DNA of 61,549 nt, the filler included, from Sphacelaria rigidula (lineage: Eukaryota): assembly GCA_964200075.2 (NCBI GenBank). It is 10 parts of 10 records of this genome, joined end to end, with 100 filler letters (N's around TTAATTAATTAA, not from the genome) between each part and the next. Parts side by side here need not be neighbours in the genome. Positions count along the whole stretch, not along the records: positions 36,993 to 43,057 come from CAXNAA020022474.1; positions 43,158 to 49,221 come from CAXNAA020022475.1; positions 49,322 to 55,385 come from CAXNAA020022476.1; 7 more parts are not named here. One strand, given 5' to 3'. Below the pieces are notes generated by a model. That model searched no databases. It was not told where the DNA came from and saw nothing but the letters and a program-made list of their open reading frames with translations. Below, piece by piece: positions 38,281 to 52,467 of this stretch. Made by a program: the position numbers and the translations under genes. Position 1 is the stretch's first letter. Each line of letters begins with the position of its first letter.

Positions 38281-40425
38281 ACGGCGTGGGGCACTGATGA
38301 AGCTTGATAGTGCTTTTGCTTTCCCATTTCTTCGTGTAACGCCCACTTCCTTTTGCCTGGAGGCTCGGGTTGTCGTTGGAGTCGTAGCAATAGGTCCCGT
38401 GTTGTCCGGTTACCCTCGTATCCCCAGTAGCCACTAACATATTCATGTCTTTCCTGAGAACGTTCCGCACGTTGGGTCTTCTAGTATATGTGTCTTTTTG
38501 CTTTGTTTTGTTTTATGTGTGTTGTGTAGTGTTGTGTTGTGTTGTGTTGTATTGTCTTTCGTTTCATTTCGTTTTGTTTTGTTTTGTTGATTTTTTTGTG
38601 TATTGTCTTGCGTTTGTTGTGTATGTACTATGTTTTATTTCTTGTTGCGACTGTGGAGCGCTCGAAGTTCACACCCTGTGAACACTCCAGTGCTTCTACC
38701 CCCTTTCGTACATCCGTACCAATCTCCTTTTCAGGGCATATCCCCACGGTGTGTGCTATGGTCTGCTTCGTACAGCTAAGTACACTCGCCACCGATCCCC
38801 TTCACCGGACTGGTCCCCACAGCGTGTGTTGCTGCTGGTCGCTCTATTATTCCTTAAGTGAAATTGGTTCATTGAACCGAGGCGTGCCCGCCCCGGGCGG
38901 TGCCATGTGTTGCATGCTCGATGAATTCTGTTGTTGAAGCTCGTAACATATTGCGTGGTGATCGTGGTCATGTATTACGATTTTGTATCATATTTGAGAA
39001 CATCTTATTGTTTTCGGGAATTGATTGTTGTTCAGCTTTGCTGTTTCGACAATTCTTTTCGTCTACAATGAGTCCGTCATTTATGTATTTTGACTCATAG
39101 TACCAGTTTGTACCTACGGTCAATCGCCTCGAAAACTAGTGTGGTGGTTAATTGCTTTTTATTTCATTTTTTGGAGGGTTCGTTGATGGCGAACTGCCGT
39201 GATTGTGTGCCCGGCTGGAGTTTATCCTCCCGTTTGTGTGCGCACCCTCTCGCGTTTCGTCTGAACGAGCAATCATTGAGGGAGCGGACCGCGTTGGCAC
39301 CTCCCTCCACGTGCTTGTCGTGATTCAGAAACGTGTCGGGCTACCCGCCCGGGTGTATCTTCGATCGTTGTGTGTCTCTCGCCTACGGTTTTCAAGACGA
39401 TACTGACAGTCAATCACTCACTTCGATCGGTTGTCCCGTAATCGTCGAGCAGGTGGATCGGGTCACTATACATCTGGACCGTCAACCGGTCGCATCACTC
39501 AACACGCAATCCCCACGCTCACATGTACCAAACATGACTCACGTTCAACGAGTTGGTTCCAGTATCACGTGTGATTTTGTCTTCCATGTATTCTCCTCAT
39601 GGAATGTGTCTTTCCTACTGACGGGTATTCACTCTCTAACGCATGCTCTACCCGAATCTGGGCACTCCAGAGCATATATCGAGGGGTCACATGTGTAGCA
39701 TTTGTGTCATTACTAGTATCATTTCCGCACATTCATCCTACCTAACACGCCGGGAGTGGGCTATTCTACTTCAGCTACTGTCCTTGACCACGTGACCAAC
39801 GGAAAGGTACTAAGTGGGATACCGCCTTGGCTACAGTCCGTGCGTAGAAGAGCCCATTAATATGTACTCAGCGTTTCGATGTGCATTCAGCTACCAAACA
39901 TGGACATGAGTCATGACACGGTAGGTTTGCACTGAACATTCCCCAGGCTTTTACTTTCACGGCTCCTTCATCTCATCCGAAACACTACTTACGAAATACG
40001 TGAGAGCACGCCGCCTAACATTCCAATGGAGTAGGGATATTTCGAAAAAAAATCAGAAGGGGAATGTCCTGACCCATATTCCTCTGCAGCTCCAAGCTCA
40101 AGGATCCCCTCAATGAGGCACGTCTGGGACCGACTGTGTAACCCCGACCTTGGCATAATATACAGCCTTGACCGACTGTCGACGTGCGCAACAAGATACA
40201 TCTTGCCGTTTCTCCGAAAAAGAAACATTTGAAACAACAAGAACACACATGACCCAGCACCCACTAGCGACGGTAGTTTTAGCCACTAGCAATGATAGGG
40301 GGTGTTCAAACGCCGATACGTATACTGTCCACACTGCCGTCAGAGCGACAGGGTGAAGGAAAAACGCCCCTACTGAGAGGACTAGAGGGTAGACACATCA
40401 AGATCCGCGGTTCTCAAGCTCAAGT

Positions 40426-40503
40426 CTAGTAGTACACTGCCGATTTCCGCTCGTCCTTGTCCAGCTGCATGAAGAACGAAACGCCGTCATCGTAGACTGC
40501 ACC
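40426..40503 (-). CDS. Possible terminal exon of an unidentified gene
   Basis: CAG acceptor, then GAVYDDGVSFFMQLDKDERKSAVYY*. GC3-rich codons. No family recognised. Confidence 0.35.
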   Translation of the reverse strand, partial: GAVYDDGVSFFMQLDKDERKSAVYY

Positions 40504-41169
40504 CTGCTCGGCAGACATTGTCGTGAGAGCGCGTCCCATACGGCGGGATATGCGTGCAGATTGGAAAAAGAGTGCAGAAGGTTTAGCAGGAGAAGCATCC
40601 CAGCACCTCTTCATGTGCATATCATCATGATACCCTCACACCATGATCACTCTGATTACGTGAGGCTAGCAACCACCATTCAATAGGACGAGTTCTGCAC
40701 ATGCTCGGCTCTTGACACAAATGGTTTTTGAGATCCATCAACCTTGTTGACGACATTTGCAGATTTGAGATTCATAATGCCTCGATACCACCCATTAGCA
40801 TGAATGTGTGGAGGGCCGACGAAATCACGAGGTAGCACACGGTGAAGAAGAGTTGGTGGTGTTCGTTCGAATGCTTCACAATTTGAGTGTGCAAATCAAT
40901 CCACGTTAGTGGTGTGCGTTCCAATGTTTTTCAATTTGAGTGTGCACATCAATCCACCAAGGAGATGATTTGGGATTCATTCGACCAACATCCAGGTGTT
41001 AGATCAACGGAAATCCTGAACTAATGTCTTACAGTAGTGCGACTTGTACTGGTGTCGGAGCATGACATATATATGCATGTAAAGTGTCTTGAACATCCTG
41101 TTGAGTATTGGCGGATATCTTCAAAGAAGGACCGCATGGCGGTGTGATTTCCTACAAGATCGGAAATTA

Positions 41170-42450
41170 TAATGACTGGAGATTATCTGATATATACAAT
41201 ATAACATTTCGTCTTCTATGGCCCACGTACCATATACCCGACAACGTTTTTGTTGAAAATTTATACAGCCAGCAGTCTAGCTGTTTGTTTTCTGTGTGTG
41301 AGGTTTTACTCTGTAGAAAATTTAGCGGCACAATATGTTTTGGTTCAACTAGGAGCCGCCAATATTGACCAAGGGTGCAAGTAATGTTTTCTGTATGGAT
41401 CCTTGAGTTCAATATCGTAGCAGACTCGCCACGATATTGAGTTTGCTGCCATTGTCTGTGAGTGTTGCAGGTTGAGTAAAAATCCAGTCTGTGAGCTGGC
41501 AAACCAACACGTCAGAGTCAAGGACCCGTTTTAGTCTACGTACGTGTAGAGCTTTGTTTTTTGTTCCACGATTGAGTGATTGTCATCGTTGGTCCTCACT
41601 GCCCCTTACAGTCACTCTCCTTCTACTACCATCAGTTCTCATGCTTTGAGAGGAAACTGTGAGTCCTGCTTTTCTTGGCCGACTAAAGAGCCCAATCAAC
41701 CATTCGTGTCACTGATTGTATTCTTAGCTGTGGAAGAAAGTGGTTTAATCAACCACGGCGCAACCTCTGCATACTACTGTTCGCTGAACGGTAGTTAGCC
41801 TGTCGCAAGGACAGTGCTACGGACACGAGATATTCCAACAGTTTTCTCATTTCAACGTATCCTATAAAGCCGTCCGTAAATGCTGCCATATTTGAGTTTT
41901 TCGTTGACGTGTGTGTGGAACCCCGCCGTTCGTGGCAGCATTATGAATCTTCCCGTTTCGTCTTTTTGTGCCACGACTTTTCGAACACGGGTTTCAGAAT
42001 TCTCGAAAGAGCTAATGTTAGACACAACAACACGTTGTGTGTGTGGCCCTGCGCTCATTTGCTCCCCGTTTCGTCCATTCAATCTCCTGTATTCTTTTGT
42101 CAAGGCATTCCAGAGCCACCATGGTACGATTGGGGTGAAAATATTGTGGGTCATTTCTTCCGCCAAATTTTCCTTCCAATCGTCGTTGAGAAAGAAGTAA
42201 CGCGGTTGTTACCGATGAATAACAGTTGTTCATACTTGATGCCGCTTTTCCCCAAATACGAGCCCACCGCGAGTATGCTAGGTCATCTGACACACATATT
42301 GACCTTTTTTTTCGTAGAACCTCCCCCCCCCTCTGCGCACGCGCCCCCTTATTGTAGCATGACTCTTCATGGTCTCCGTTTTCTCAGAATACAGATTAAG
42401 CATGGCCAACACTTGTTGTCATATGTTGGTTTGAGATTTAGACTCGGCTC
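41170..42450 (-). mobile_element. Highly degenerate Copia-like integrase remnant
   Basis: Fragments in Copia order: CLICILRK, SDDL, KSGIKYEQLLFIGNNR (cf. GGxKY..FIDDxSR) and KFSTKTLSGIWYVG (cf. KLxxRAxxGIFVGY). Confidence 0.4.
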
Positions 42451-43157
42451 AACTGGGCAACGCTTCTCAGGCAATACTGTTGATGATAAAACAGGGAGTA
42501 AACTACATCCAGAGAACAGGACGGTAACTCACAATAGCGTCCGGATCGGAGGGGACTGGATCACCGGGCGGCAAAGACAAAAGCCCGAGAAGAAAAGGTT
42601 CAAATCCCTATTGTGCAGTTTCTCATATTTCTACCGCAGCAGTTGGCATTAAGCATCATCGGAAATCCCAAACAACTTCGATAAAACTTACTGACCACGC
42701 CCCCACCTAATTAACGTCGAGTTACGAACGAAACAACGGCCACAACCGTGCGCCAAGGCGTTGTACGTTAGTTTGATATAATCTGCAATCCCAAAAACGA
42801 CCGAAAGTAGAGGTACTTGTGGTCATTTGCCCAGTAGTTCAATGAAAGCCCTTATCAATTATATAAACGTCCTCGTATCCTGTATGATGCTAATCCAATA
42901 CCGAACGACTTGGCAGATATTCTTACGCCCGTCTTGTCAGAGCTACGATATCTAGCTCATCATGGACAACGACTACGGATAATTTGATATACCCCCCCCC
43001 CCCCCCCCCCCCCCCACCCACCACCACCCCTCTATGTTTTATCAATGTTGTTCACCCNNNNNNNNNNNNNNNNNNNNNNNNNNNNNNNNNNNNNNNNNNN
43101 NTTAATTAATTAANNNNNNNNNNNNNNNNNNNNNNNNNNNNNNNNNNNNNNNNNNNN

Positions 43158-43515
43158 CCTGCTAAGATTGTTCGGCCCGAAGCCCACTGATTATCTTGCA
43201 TTTGGATGACAGCCTACACTGAGTTGCTTTATTTTGTGGTATCGCCCACTTATAGAGACAGCCACGGCTTATACACTGCATCATGGATGCCTCATCATTT
43301 AAACACCACGTGGTACGATCATCCCCACTGTGCGGAGTTGAGGTTCTCCCACGCCGCACAACATGATCTAGCTCGACTACCGCCATGGTTACCGCAAAAA
43401 ACGCGAGCGCGCAAAAAAAAGCGGTAACCTGGTTGCCTAGCTTCCGTAGTGAGTGGCGTGTTTTTTAGCGTCATCGCCAACCGACGCCAACCCCATCAGG
43501 GGTCCGCCCCTACAA
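43158..43515 (+). mobile_element. Family C repeat copy
   Basis: Reverse complement of 4705-5045. It lies in an intron of the GT47 gene or just downstream of it. Confidence 0.8.
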
Positions 43516-43836
43516 GCTCTGGTGGTGAGGGGGGGGGGAGGGGGGGAAGGCAGTGCGTTGGCGGACAGTGGCATAAAGGTCGCCCTGCATTCGGGGGAAC
43601 CTGAAAGTACACTTCATGACCGAGAGAAATGCCTGAATGAACATCAGTTACATGGGGGAAATGCCCTGATAGAACGGAGCAGTCCGGGGACCGGAGGTCG
43701 TGCGTTTGCTAACGCCTCACACTCTGAATCACGCGCCAATGAACGAATGGAAGGCTCCCGCGATCAAAACATCATCATCACCTTGTACGGGTTTTTTTTC
43801 TGACGTGGAAGGATGAAAAACACCGCTATACTTTAC

Positions 43837-43953
43837 CTCAAATAGGGCAGTCTTTCTGCTTCATAGGCTGTGAGCACCGGTATACACCCTGCAGCGACAG
43901 CGTCGAACATTCGGCGGCTGCTGCGCGTGTCTCCCCGAGGACAAAAACAGAAC
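43837..43953 (-). CDS. Exostosin-family (GT47) glycosyltransferase internal exon
   Basis: RFCFCPRGDTRSSRRMFDAVAAGCIPVL matches the GT47 signature FCLxPxGDxxSxxRxFDAxxxGCIPV. CAG acceptor at 43954-43956 and GTAAAG donor at 43836 on the minus strand. Confidence 0.85.
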
Positions 43954-44047
43954 CTGCTTTTCATGCACACACGTGTGACACGTTCGCGCTTTTCAGTTCT
44001 TGTCACGCACAAAACAGGGTTCAAACACACTATTATCTGTACTCTTA

Positions 44048-44300
44048 TTTATGATGATGATGATTATTGTTAAGTATTATGATTGTCATCACCACGATGA
44101 TTATTATGATTATGATGATCATGATTATGATTATTATGATTATGATTATGATGACTATAATTATGATATGCTTTTGGCCATAATCATAATTATAACTATG
44201 GTTATGGTTATGATCATAATTATAATTATGATTATGTTTATGATTATGACTGACTGACTATGGCTGTGATTATCACTACGAATCTTATGATTACTATGAT
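44048..44300 (+). repeat. Degenerate (GAT/TAT)n microsatellite
   Basis: Direct reading. Confidence 0.9.
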
Positions 44301-46589
44301 TTTTCCCCTTCTTCTTCTCCTTCTTCGTCGTCGTACTTCAACGGTCAACCGTTCATCGGTTTGTCTCACCCAGTGTCCAACGTTCGACTAGTGGGTTTAC
44401 TGAATCGAGATTTACCCGCCGGTGATTCTTCACCTTCACTTGAAAGTTCGAGAACCGGTACGCACAGGGGGGAAAAGCAGGTCCTTCACAGGACACATTT
44501 CTTACTTTGGTGTCGTCCGTCCAATTCGGAGTGAAGCGCCGTTTTCTGAGGGGATGGTGTCGACCGTTTTTTGTAAAAAAGAAATGCAGTTTTCCGAGTG
44601 TAGAGCAATGAATAGCTCGGAATTTTCCAAACATCAATCACGGGCTTGCTCATCATGTCGATTGGGAAAGTTCGGCCGAGCGGAAAAATCAACAAGGCAG
44701 GACCTGGGGTTGTACACACGCATGACCCCGAAAGATCAATTAGCCCGTTCGTCATTTGAAATCGATCCTAGAGATTAAATTCTCCTGTGGATTTGTGTCA
44801 GACATGACTATCGATTCTAAGTTTTTGGATTAAAAGCTGATAGTGATGAGTTTTGGTCCTCGAAAAACCGGGTACAATCGCCTTCAATGTTTTATACTTA
44901 GATGATGACTACTGTAGTGTGTGGTACACGCTCCGTATACCGAAAATGGCACACAACACAGAGGGCACTCCGAGAGGGCGAGGAGCCAGAACAGCAGCAT
45001 AGTTGAGTAGTGTCCACGCCTTCGCGCAGGAAAAACAAGAGTACGCGACTGGGAGAGATAGAATTGGCCGTTCATGCAATACGCGTGAGATACTGTCGTA
45101 CACATCTCCAGAGTGCGCACACATGAGGTTGGTTCATTTCAACTGCAAGGGACAGACAGCATACTTACGATGTTCTAGTTGTGGTATAGCTTTCCGTTCG
45201 TCGTTTCTGCGAACAACTGCATACACCCACCTCGTACTGCCATCATTGCAAGCTCGAAAGGGGGTACAGCTGAAACACCATCCCACAATGTACTACATTA
45301 TTATGCGTAGTTTTCTGGCGACCCAACTGGGGTTTTATCGTGGCGTAGGTCAGCGCTGCCTGCACCAATACACGAACCACTCTGTATTGCTCTGCGCAGT
45401 GTGCAACCCCTCCCCTTTCACCGGACGAGTCCGTGGTTTCAAGGTACATCAGCTGAAGGTATATCAGCTAATTTCTCTCCCGGTGCTTCCCACACAATGT
45501 GGGATCTCGGGTTGGATCATGACCATCAGCACTCCCGCATCGTGTCGACTCTCGTCAAATGAACGATCTTTGCTGCTCGCGTGCTCATGTTTTCAACGAC
45601 GGATATCACATCATTTTTTCAACAAAAAAATAAAATAAAACTCAAACACATCTGCCGAAAATCGGATCCGCATTCTTTCGACCCAAATGGCTTCAGCCGT
45701 ATCCTTGGAGCATCGGGGCGAGGCGGGACGACACCCAGACGTGCCTAACAGCTGGATTCGTATTGCATGCAAATCAGTATCCTCGTTGACAGCGAGCTAA
45801 ATAGCGTAAACAAGATAGAGTAGAGTATGGCGAAAATACGTAGCACACACACACGTAGCGACGGGCACTAAACACGATCCCCTTTCTTGCTCCCCTATTG
45901 GGAGTGTTCTTGCTTCGTCCTGATCACCTGCTGCGTGACATGTTTTCGGAGTATGAAGACCCGTCTTCGCTCCAGGCGGACTCGTGGTGTCCCAATTCGA
46001 TCACACTTGTCTCTGGAAACGTTTTTTTCAACACCTTCGGGAGTAAAAAAACAAACGAAAAAAACAGCATTAGTGGCATGTCGAGAGGCTGATTTTGACA
46101 GAGATAGGTTACATCATCGCATCACAGCGCCACTACTGCGCATACGCGCTGGTAGAATACCTGTACTCATCGAGATGGTACACGTGCCGTCTACAGAGGT
46201 GCGGCTAGACAGGTAGGTTAATTGGTTCCTTGAGGAGTACGCGGTCATGTTCCACACCCTGCGGGGCTTGCCGACGTGTACCCAACGTTCCAGAGCGTGG
46301 TCGTGATCGAGGTTGTCCAATGTTTGCACAACGCATCAACCCCTCGCTTACACGTTGACAACCCTTGTGAAGCGGCCATTGCAATACGCGCCTCATGGGA
46401 TCTCTTGTACCGTTTTGCGTCAGGATCGAGGCAACACAGAACCAATCACGCAGGCGTCTGGTCTGAATTTCGAGGTTATTTTACCTCTTGTAGTGAGATG
46501 AAGGTATGTATATACCGCTGCCTTAGCCTCAACTAAATAGATGCGCCACTAGGCTGAGGCTTAAAGCTCACTTTACATGCTCTACATGT

Positions 46590-46710
46590 ACCGAATCCGC
46601 GAGATCAAAATGCAAGACATGTACCGGTTAGAGATGGGTTGATCCCTTGCGACATGAGATCACGAGGCTCGTCCCGAGGAAGGGAAGGGGTTCAAAGTGC
46701 GACAAATAAT
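46590..46710 (+). mobile_element. Family B SINE core fragment
   Basis: GCGAGATCAAAATGCAAG...GATCCCTTG...CTCGTCCCGAGGAAGGGAAGGGGTTCAAAGTGCGACAAATA matches the reverse complement of 2695-2820. Confidence 0.75.
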
Positions 46711-49700
46711 TTTTTTTTTTAATGAAAAAATGTATCCATAGTTCAACGTGCGTCGGTTGACCGCCATAAAAGGGCAAGGGGGTGATAGTATCTTGATTCT
46801 GTAATGGAGTACGCATCCCGAACAGCACGGTACAGCGTTTGTGACACTGTAGGGCTTTCTGACAACATTTCTTGCACGCCCCTTTTATGCTTCTCTGGGA
46901 GCAAATCTCCCGGGAAAATATCTCGAATGTAGCTACTGTGGCGAAACATTAATACGTAGATGAAGGTTTGGGGACCGCGGAAAACTTGTACAAGGCACGT
47001 ATTTTATGTTGTCATCGAGGGTTGGGGGTGGGGGTGGTACTCGCAAACATGAAGGAGTTGCTCCGTGACAGCGTCTGGCTGATCAACGTTGAAGATCATG
47101 CGGCCGGTAATTTTGTTCCGAAGAGACATATGTCTCCCAAGGGATTAAGCACTACCAGGTCTCTCACCATTCAAGTACGGAAACGTTTTGGCCGCCGTTT
47201 GTCATGTCTATTCTCCCGCTAGACACGCCTTCCACTGCAATGACGTTTTCCATGTCTTCTATTGATTTATGGTATGCATTGTACCATGTCGTCGACTGGC
47301 GGTGTAATCCACCTCGGTCCAACCAGGCGTAATGTGAATCACATATAAAGACGCGTATTTTGTGCACCTTCAAGTAGAAGTCATACCGTGGCTTGCCTTC
47401 AAGTTGAGACGTTCTCTCCTGCCTCTGTCGGTCCCCGCAAAGAAGAAAAGCACCGTTCGATCCTTCAACGGAAGCCCTCCGATTTTGTCCGCCGTCGTAG
47501 TGGAGCTGCTAGAGGTGTACGGAACGGTCACCAGACGGTGCTTGCATCCCCACCTGGATCGGTACGTGAGCGTGAGCGATGTTCACGTATGTCGCCGAAG
47601 AAAATGGCGATTTCGATGAACAACTGCACACAGGCGACTTGGAATGCTTTGAGTTGCGCGTCGGCAATACTAGCGGAAGCAGGGTGACTGACTATTCCGT
47701 TGCTTACATCAGATGAGGGAATTGCAACAAAAGCAAACGGCGATTGACTTCATTATGCCCATTCCTGATATACGCGTGAAGAGATTCAACAAAAAAACTC
47801 GAATCTTCAACCAAGGGAAATGAAAAAAGAAGAATCGCTGCTACCGTCGATGGAACCCGCGCGTACCCATAGCAGCGAAATATGTATACACGCATGGTAT
47901 CTGATTACGTAATTCTTACTATAAACGCGAAAAACATCATGACATATTTTCAAGGCTGGAGCTCTCAGTGGTCCGAAAACCATGGGGCCTTGGTTTCTTA
48001 GCTTCATGGTTATATTCACGGCGATTTGATAACAGTATACACTAGGTACTGGTTGACAGGAGACACATGAGCGATGGTGGTTCAAATAACGATCGAATTG
48101 TGACGTATTCGAAGAAACTCGGAATACGCAAAAAGGTTAGAATGCAAAAAATGCTCCCCAAGCCGCACGTAAATCTTGTCCGTGATATGCCCTCACACTA
48201 TGATTTACGATTGATGCACACGGTTGGGGCTTGCCACATGGGCCTGACTGCACTGTCCTCCTCCTCGGAGTGACCGCTCAGAGAGGAGGTTTCAGTGTTA
48301 CTAATGCATGCACGGCACGGGAACAACTCACGAAACATTCCCAAGAAGTTCGAGCCATATATTGTGTACTTCGAAGAGTACACCGGATGGGCCACACCGC
48401 CAGAAACAGGTTAATGCTTGAGCTGCGGCGAATCTGGTGGATACATTGGTCCTTCGACTTGCTCATGATGAGGGATTTGGTGAAAACGAGGGTACTCTCA
48501 TGATGATCAGGCTTCTTCACCCTCCCGGGGAGCTTCAATCGACAGAAGCCGAAGACTACCGATGAGTAAAGCGTCCCCAATATCACCGGCGCTCGACAGC
48601 ATGTTGACAATCAGCAGCCGTTCCCTCAGGATTGAAACACTTTGGCACAGGTTCACCGGATGATTCCGACGTTAAATCAGTTTCGGCCGAACATAATGTC
48701 AAAGTTGTTCCCCAAGATCTACTGCGCAGGCTAGCCGTGGACAGTTCTGCCGCTCCTTCCAGCAGACGCCAATCAAACGGTGGTATACTTTGTACCACGG
48801 CATTGTGTAAATACGGCTGCGCGGTGCTGCACCTTGCCCAGTCGGGTTCAGCTTCGTTGATGCCAACCATCACCCGAGCCAAGCGCATGTGAAGAGACGC
48901 GTCGAAAGTCCCGCGACAATTCCACCAAGCGCATATTATGAGGTGGTCAGCACCGCCGTAGCGCCTGACAACAACAGAGACGCACGCATGCACACATACA
49001 GGGCGTGTGATTTTAAGGGAAACGCACGCACCGAGTTCATTGTTTAATCATTGCATACTAAGCAACCCATTCCAAATTCAGTCGTGCTTGCGAGATAGAC
49101 GAATGTGCTCGTGGTCAACGAACAGAAACTCCCGCCTGAGGGAACTCGAGAAATGAATGAATAAAAGAACGGGGGGGGGGGGGGGGGGGTACTCATTTTT
49201 TTTCTGCCCGTGGGCGACAAANNNNNNNNNNNNNNNNNNNNNNNNNNNNNNNNNNNNNNNNNNNNTTAATTAATTAANNNNNNNNNNNNNNNNNNNNNNN
49301 NNNNNNNNNNNNNNNNNNNNNGTTTTATAGCGTCATCGCCAACCGACGCCAACCCCATCAGGGGTCCGCCCCTGCAAAGCCGGGACGGAGCACGCCGGGT
49401 TCTCGCCGGACCAGGGGGTGATTATAGACAAAGTCGAATCAAAACAGCGTACAATGGCAGTAAAATGCAGTACAACAGCTGTACGGTACAGTGCAGTGTT
49501 GTCTTATCTCTCATCCCGCTGCGTTCCTCCCCTTTCAAGTTATAATAAGCCTTCGGAAAACGTCTCCTTTTTCTGCCATCAGCTCTCGAATTGAACCTTG
49601 AGCCTCCACGGTGGGTCATCTGGGTCTTGAATTCATCTTCCAAGTCAAAATCATGCCAAGGCACAACAGATGAGTCACCCCTGAAGGTGGTCGTATATTC

Positions 49701-49757
49701 AGTAAATGGACAAACCCGAACAACGCACAGTCCGGGACAATGCAGCACGGTGCAGAA

Positions 49758-49866
49758 CAGTACAGTACAGTACAGTACAGTACAGTACAGTACAGTACAG
49801 TACAGTACAGTACAGTGCAGTACAGTACAGTGCAGTACAGTACAGTGCAGTACAGTACAGTACAGT
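49758..49866 (+). repeat. (CAGTA/CAGTG)n microsatellite between two diverged ~200-bp duplicated blocks
   Basis: Pentamer run. GCCTCCACGGTGGGTCATCT...AATCATGCCAA occurs at both ~49602 and ~50002. Confidence 0.9.
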
Positions 49867-52467
49867 GTTGTCTTCTCTCTCTCCCCCGCTGTGTTCCTTC
49901 TCATTGTTCCCATCATCTATGGCTATCACCATGGACCAGATTACAAGAAAGCTGTGGGGCGTGACCTCGTCCTACCCCTAGCTCTAAAAGGGAACCCTTG
50001 GGCCTCCACGGTGGGTCATCTACGTCCTGCACTTATATATTTAAAGTCAAATCATGCCAACTCAATATGTGCGACCATAACACTGAAGCTTGGTGGCCGC
50101 GCAGGGATGATGTACAGACGGCAGGCCGCATGTGGCGGTAAAGGTAGACTTTGCATAACCAAGAAACAGACGAGCACAAGACAGTCACCATGATGTTTTA
50201 TGTTCCTGTACACGCCACGTTCGCTAACGTGGGTCCCCAGAGCGGCTGGGTGTACAAGTAGCAACGATCCTCTTTTCATAATTACTCGGAACGCATTATA
50301 CCTTGGCACGCTAATAGTCACAAAAACAAAGTTACCCCGATTCAGACATCTCCCATTTTGCCCCGCCCCCGCCCCGTCGGCGTGATCTCATCTCATTTGC
50401 ATTTATTGAGGACGGTGGCTTGTATAAGAGAGTCCATCGATAGGCCGGCTAAATCACACATGGATATTCTCGTCGGCCACGAGTGCAATTCTAGCGCAGT
50501 TTTTTTGTCTCGTGCTTTAAATCACAATGCATGTCTCGACAATCTCGCTTTCCGGGAACGTCCCGCGCTCGGGACACCAGACGCAAAAAAGTATTTCTTT
50601 GTAGAGTTTCAGGGAAAGCTTTAAGACAACTGAACAAAATGAGTTTATTCAGACATGCGTGTCAGAGGTGCGGAGGTGTATGTGGCGTCTGAACAGGGAG
50701 GGCGGCGCGTGAATGCATGATTTGCCCATGCTCAGGGTAATCAGCGTAGGCAGAAGCGTGCGTGAAAACGGAGAATTGTAGCACACAAACGCTGGATAAG
50801 ACACCAGAAAGAAACGGGCAGAGAAAACGAAGGGAGAGAAGGAGGGCAAGACCAGCTCGGCGAGCCGCCAAAACTCAGACTCACGCCAATCGTACTGCCG
50901 CAGGGGCGGAGGCTCGATCCAAAGAGATGGTGATGGCCACTTGGAATGTACGCACCATGGCCGAGAGGTTCCGACGGCACAGGCCACGCAGAGGACCTAC
51001 TGCTTTATGCGTCCAAGTACAACTGTGATTTCGTCGCCCTCCAAGAAACCCGTCGCGATGGACGAACAACCTTCCATGCACCGGCAGCATGCTACATAGT
51101 TCACTGCAGCGGCCACTGCCATGGAGACAGGGGGAAAACGGGAACGCTCGCAGTCGGCCTTGCCACCAAGGAGCCTCTCGCCAGCACACTGGGTCCAGAC
51201 GCCATCACTCCTGAACACGTGAGTGCCAGGATCATGAAGGTACGAGTGGCTTGCCGGCATAGAGTTGCCACAACGTTCATTGTAGGGTATGCTCCTACTG
51301 AGACAGCACAGGGTTCTGATAAGATCACGTTCTGGAAAGCTCCCTGCAGTTCTGTCGCTGAAGTGCCCACCAACGAACACCTAGTACTGATGATGGATGC
51401 CAATGCTCGTACCGGAAACAAAGAAGTAGGAGGCATGGGTGACCCTCGGGTATTGGGAGAGTACGGCAGAGACACCCGGAACGATAATGGTAGACGCCTC
51501 CTGGAATGCGCCGCGGAAAATAAAATGGCCATCACCAAGACCTTTTTTCGCACATCAACTCGCGGGGAAAGCTCGATGACATACACATATGCAGGGCCGA
51601 AGGTCGAACACCGCTGGCGCCTGGACTAAATCCTCGTGCGTCAGCGAGACCGCATACTCGTCCGAAATGTCATTGTGCACGCCGAGATGAAATCAGACCA
51701 TCCGCCATCTGTCTCCTTGGACGGAACGCCCCCAACCGCCAACCGCCACCGAGAGGCGGGGACAGGGGAGTGAGTTTCGACCGCCAAGCCCCCGCATCCG
51801 ACCGAAGCTAGAGAGCTATTGTTTCACAGGCCACTGCCGTTGAGCTACCGAATGCCACTGATTCCCCCGCAGTAATGGACGTCAACGACATGGCATCTAC
51901 CTTCGCCAACGACCTGCGACAGATGGCCGCGGATACACTCCCTCGATGCCACAAGAAAACCCCATCTAGAGGTTTCAGTGAGTCATTTCAGGCTCAGGAT
52001 CGCCTCCAAAAGGCATGGGATCTCAGGGAAAGTGTATGGGAAAAACTACGAGCAAACCCCAAAGACACAGTCCTGAAGGAGGCGCTGAAGGTGACGGACA
52101 TAGCGTTTAAGCGGGTGAAGGATGCTGAGCTGCAGAACTTCGTCCGCGAGTTGACAGTCAAGACCGCGGACTTTGTTAGCATGAAGGATCAAGCAGAACT
52201 GTACCAGCATATCAAGTCCGTGGAACTGGAAGGGAAGAAGCAGAGCGACTCGACCCACGTCCGGAACGCGACTGGCGAGCTGTTGCGGGACAAGCAAGCG
52301 ATCCTGCAACGATGGAAGGAATGGTTTGACGCACTGCTGAACGCAACCTCGCCTACAATCGATCACTTTGTCATCGATCTAACCGAACAGCTACCGGAGC
52401 ACACACCACTCACGGCGGAGCCCACGATGGCGGAAGTGAAGCAAGCGGTGGGCAAACTGGCGAACGG

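Noticed and set aside
38290..38330. Hammerhead ribozyme at CTGATGA sites (also 35649 and CTGATGG in family C)
   Set aside because: There is no properly placed GAAA and three-stem arrangement.
7635..43953. ORC5, ABCC, TMEM64-like and GT47 as a gene cluster or system
   Set aside because: They lie on different contigs joined only by length sorting.
45169..45760. Further GT47 exons on the minus strand (VRRNDERKAIPQLEH near 45170-45215; DTAEAIWVERMR near 45665-45745)
   Set aside because: Order and phase could not be reconciled with the 43837-43953 exon without transcripts.
47160..48900. Decayed Helitron Rep on the minus strand (FLGMFRELFP and similar)
   Set aside because: The resemblance is faint, and the HUH and tyrosine motifs are not identifiable.
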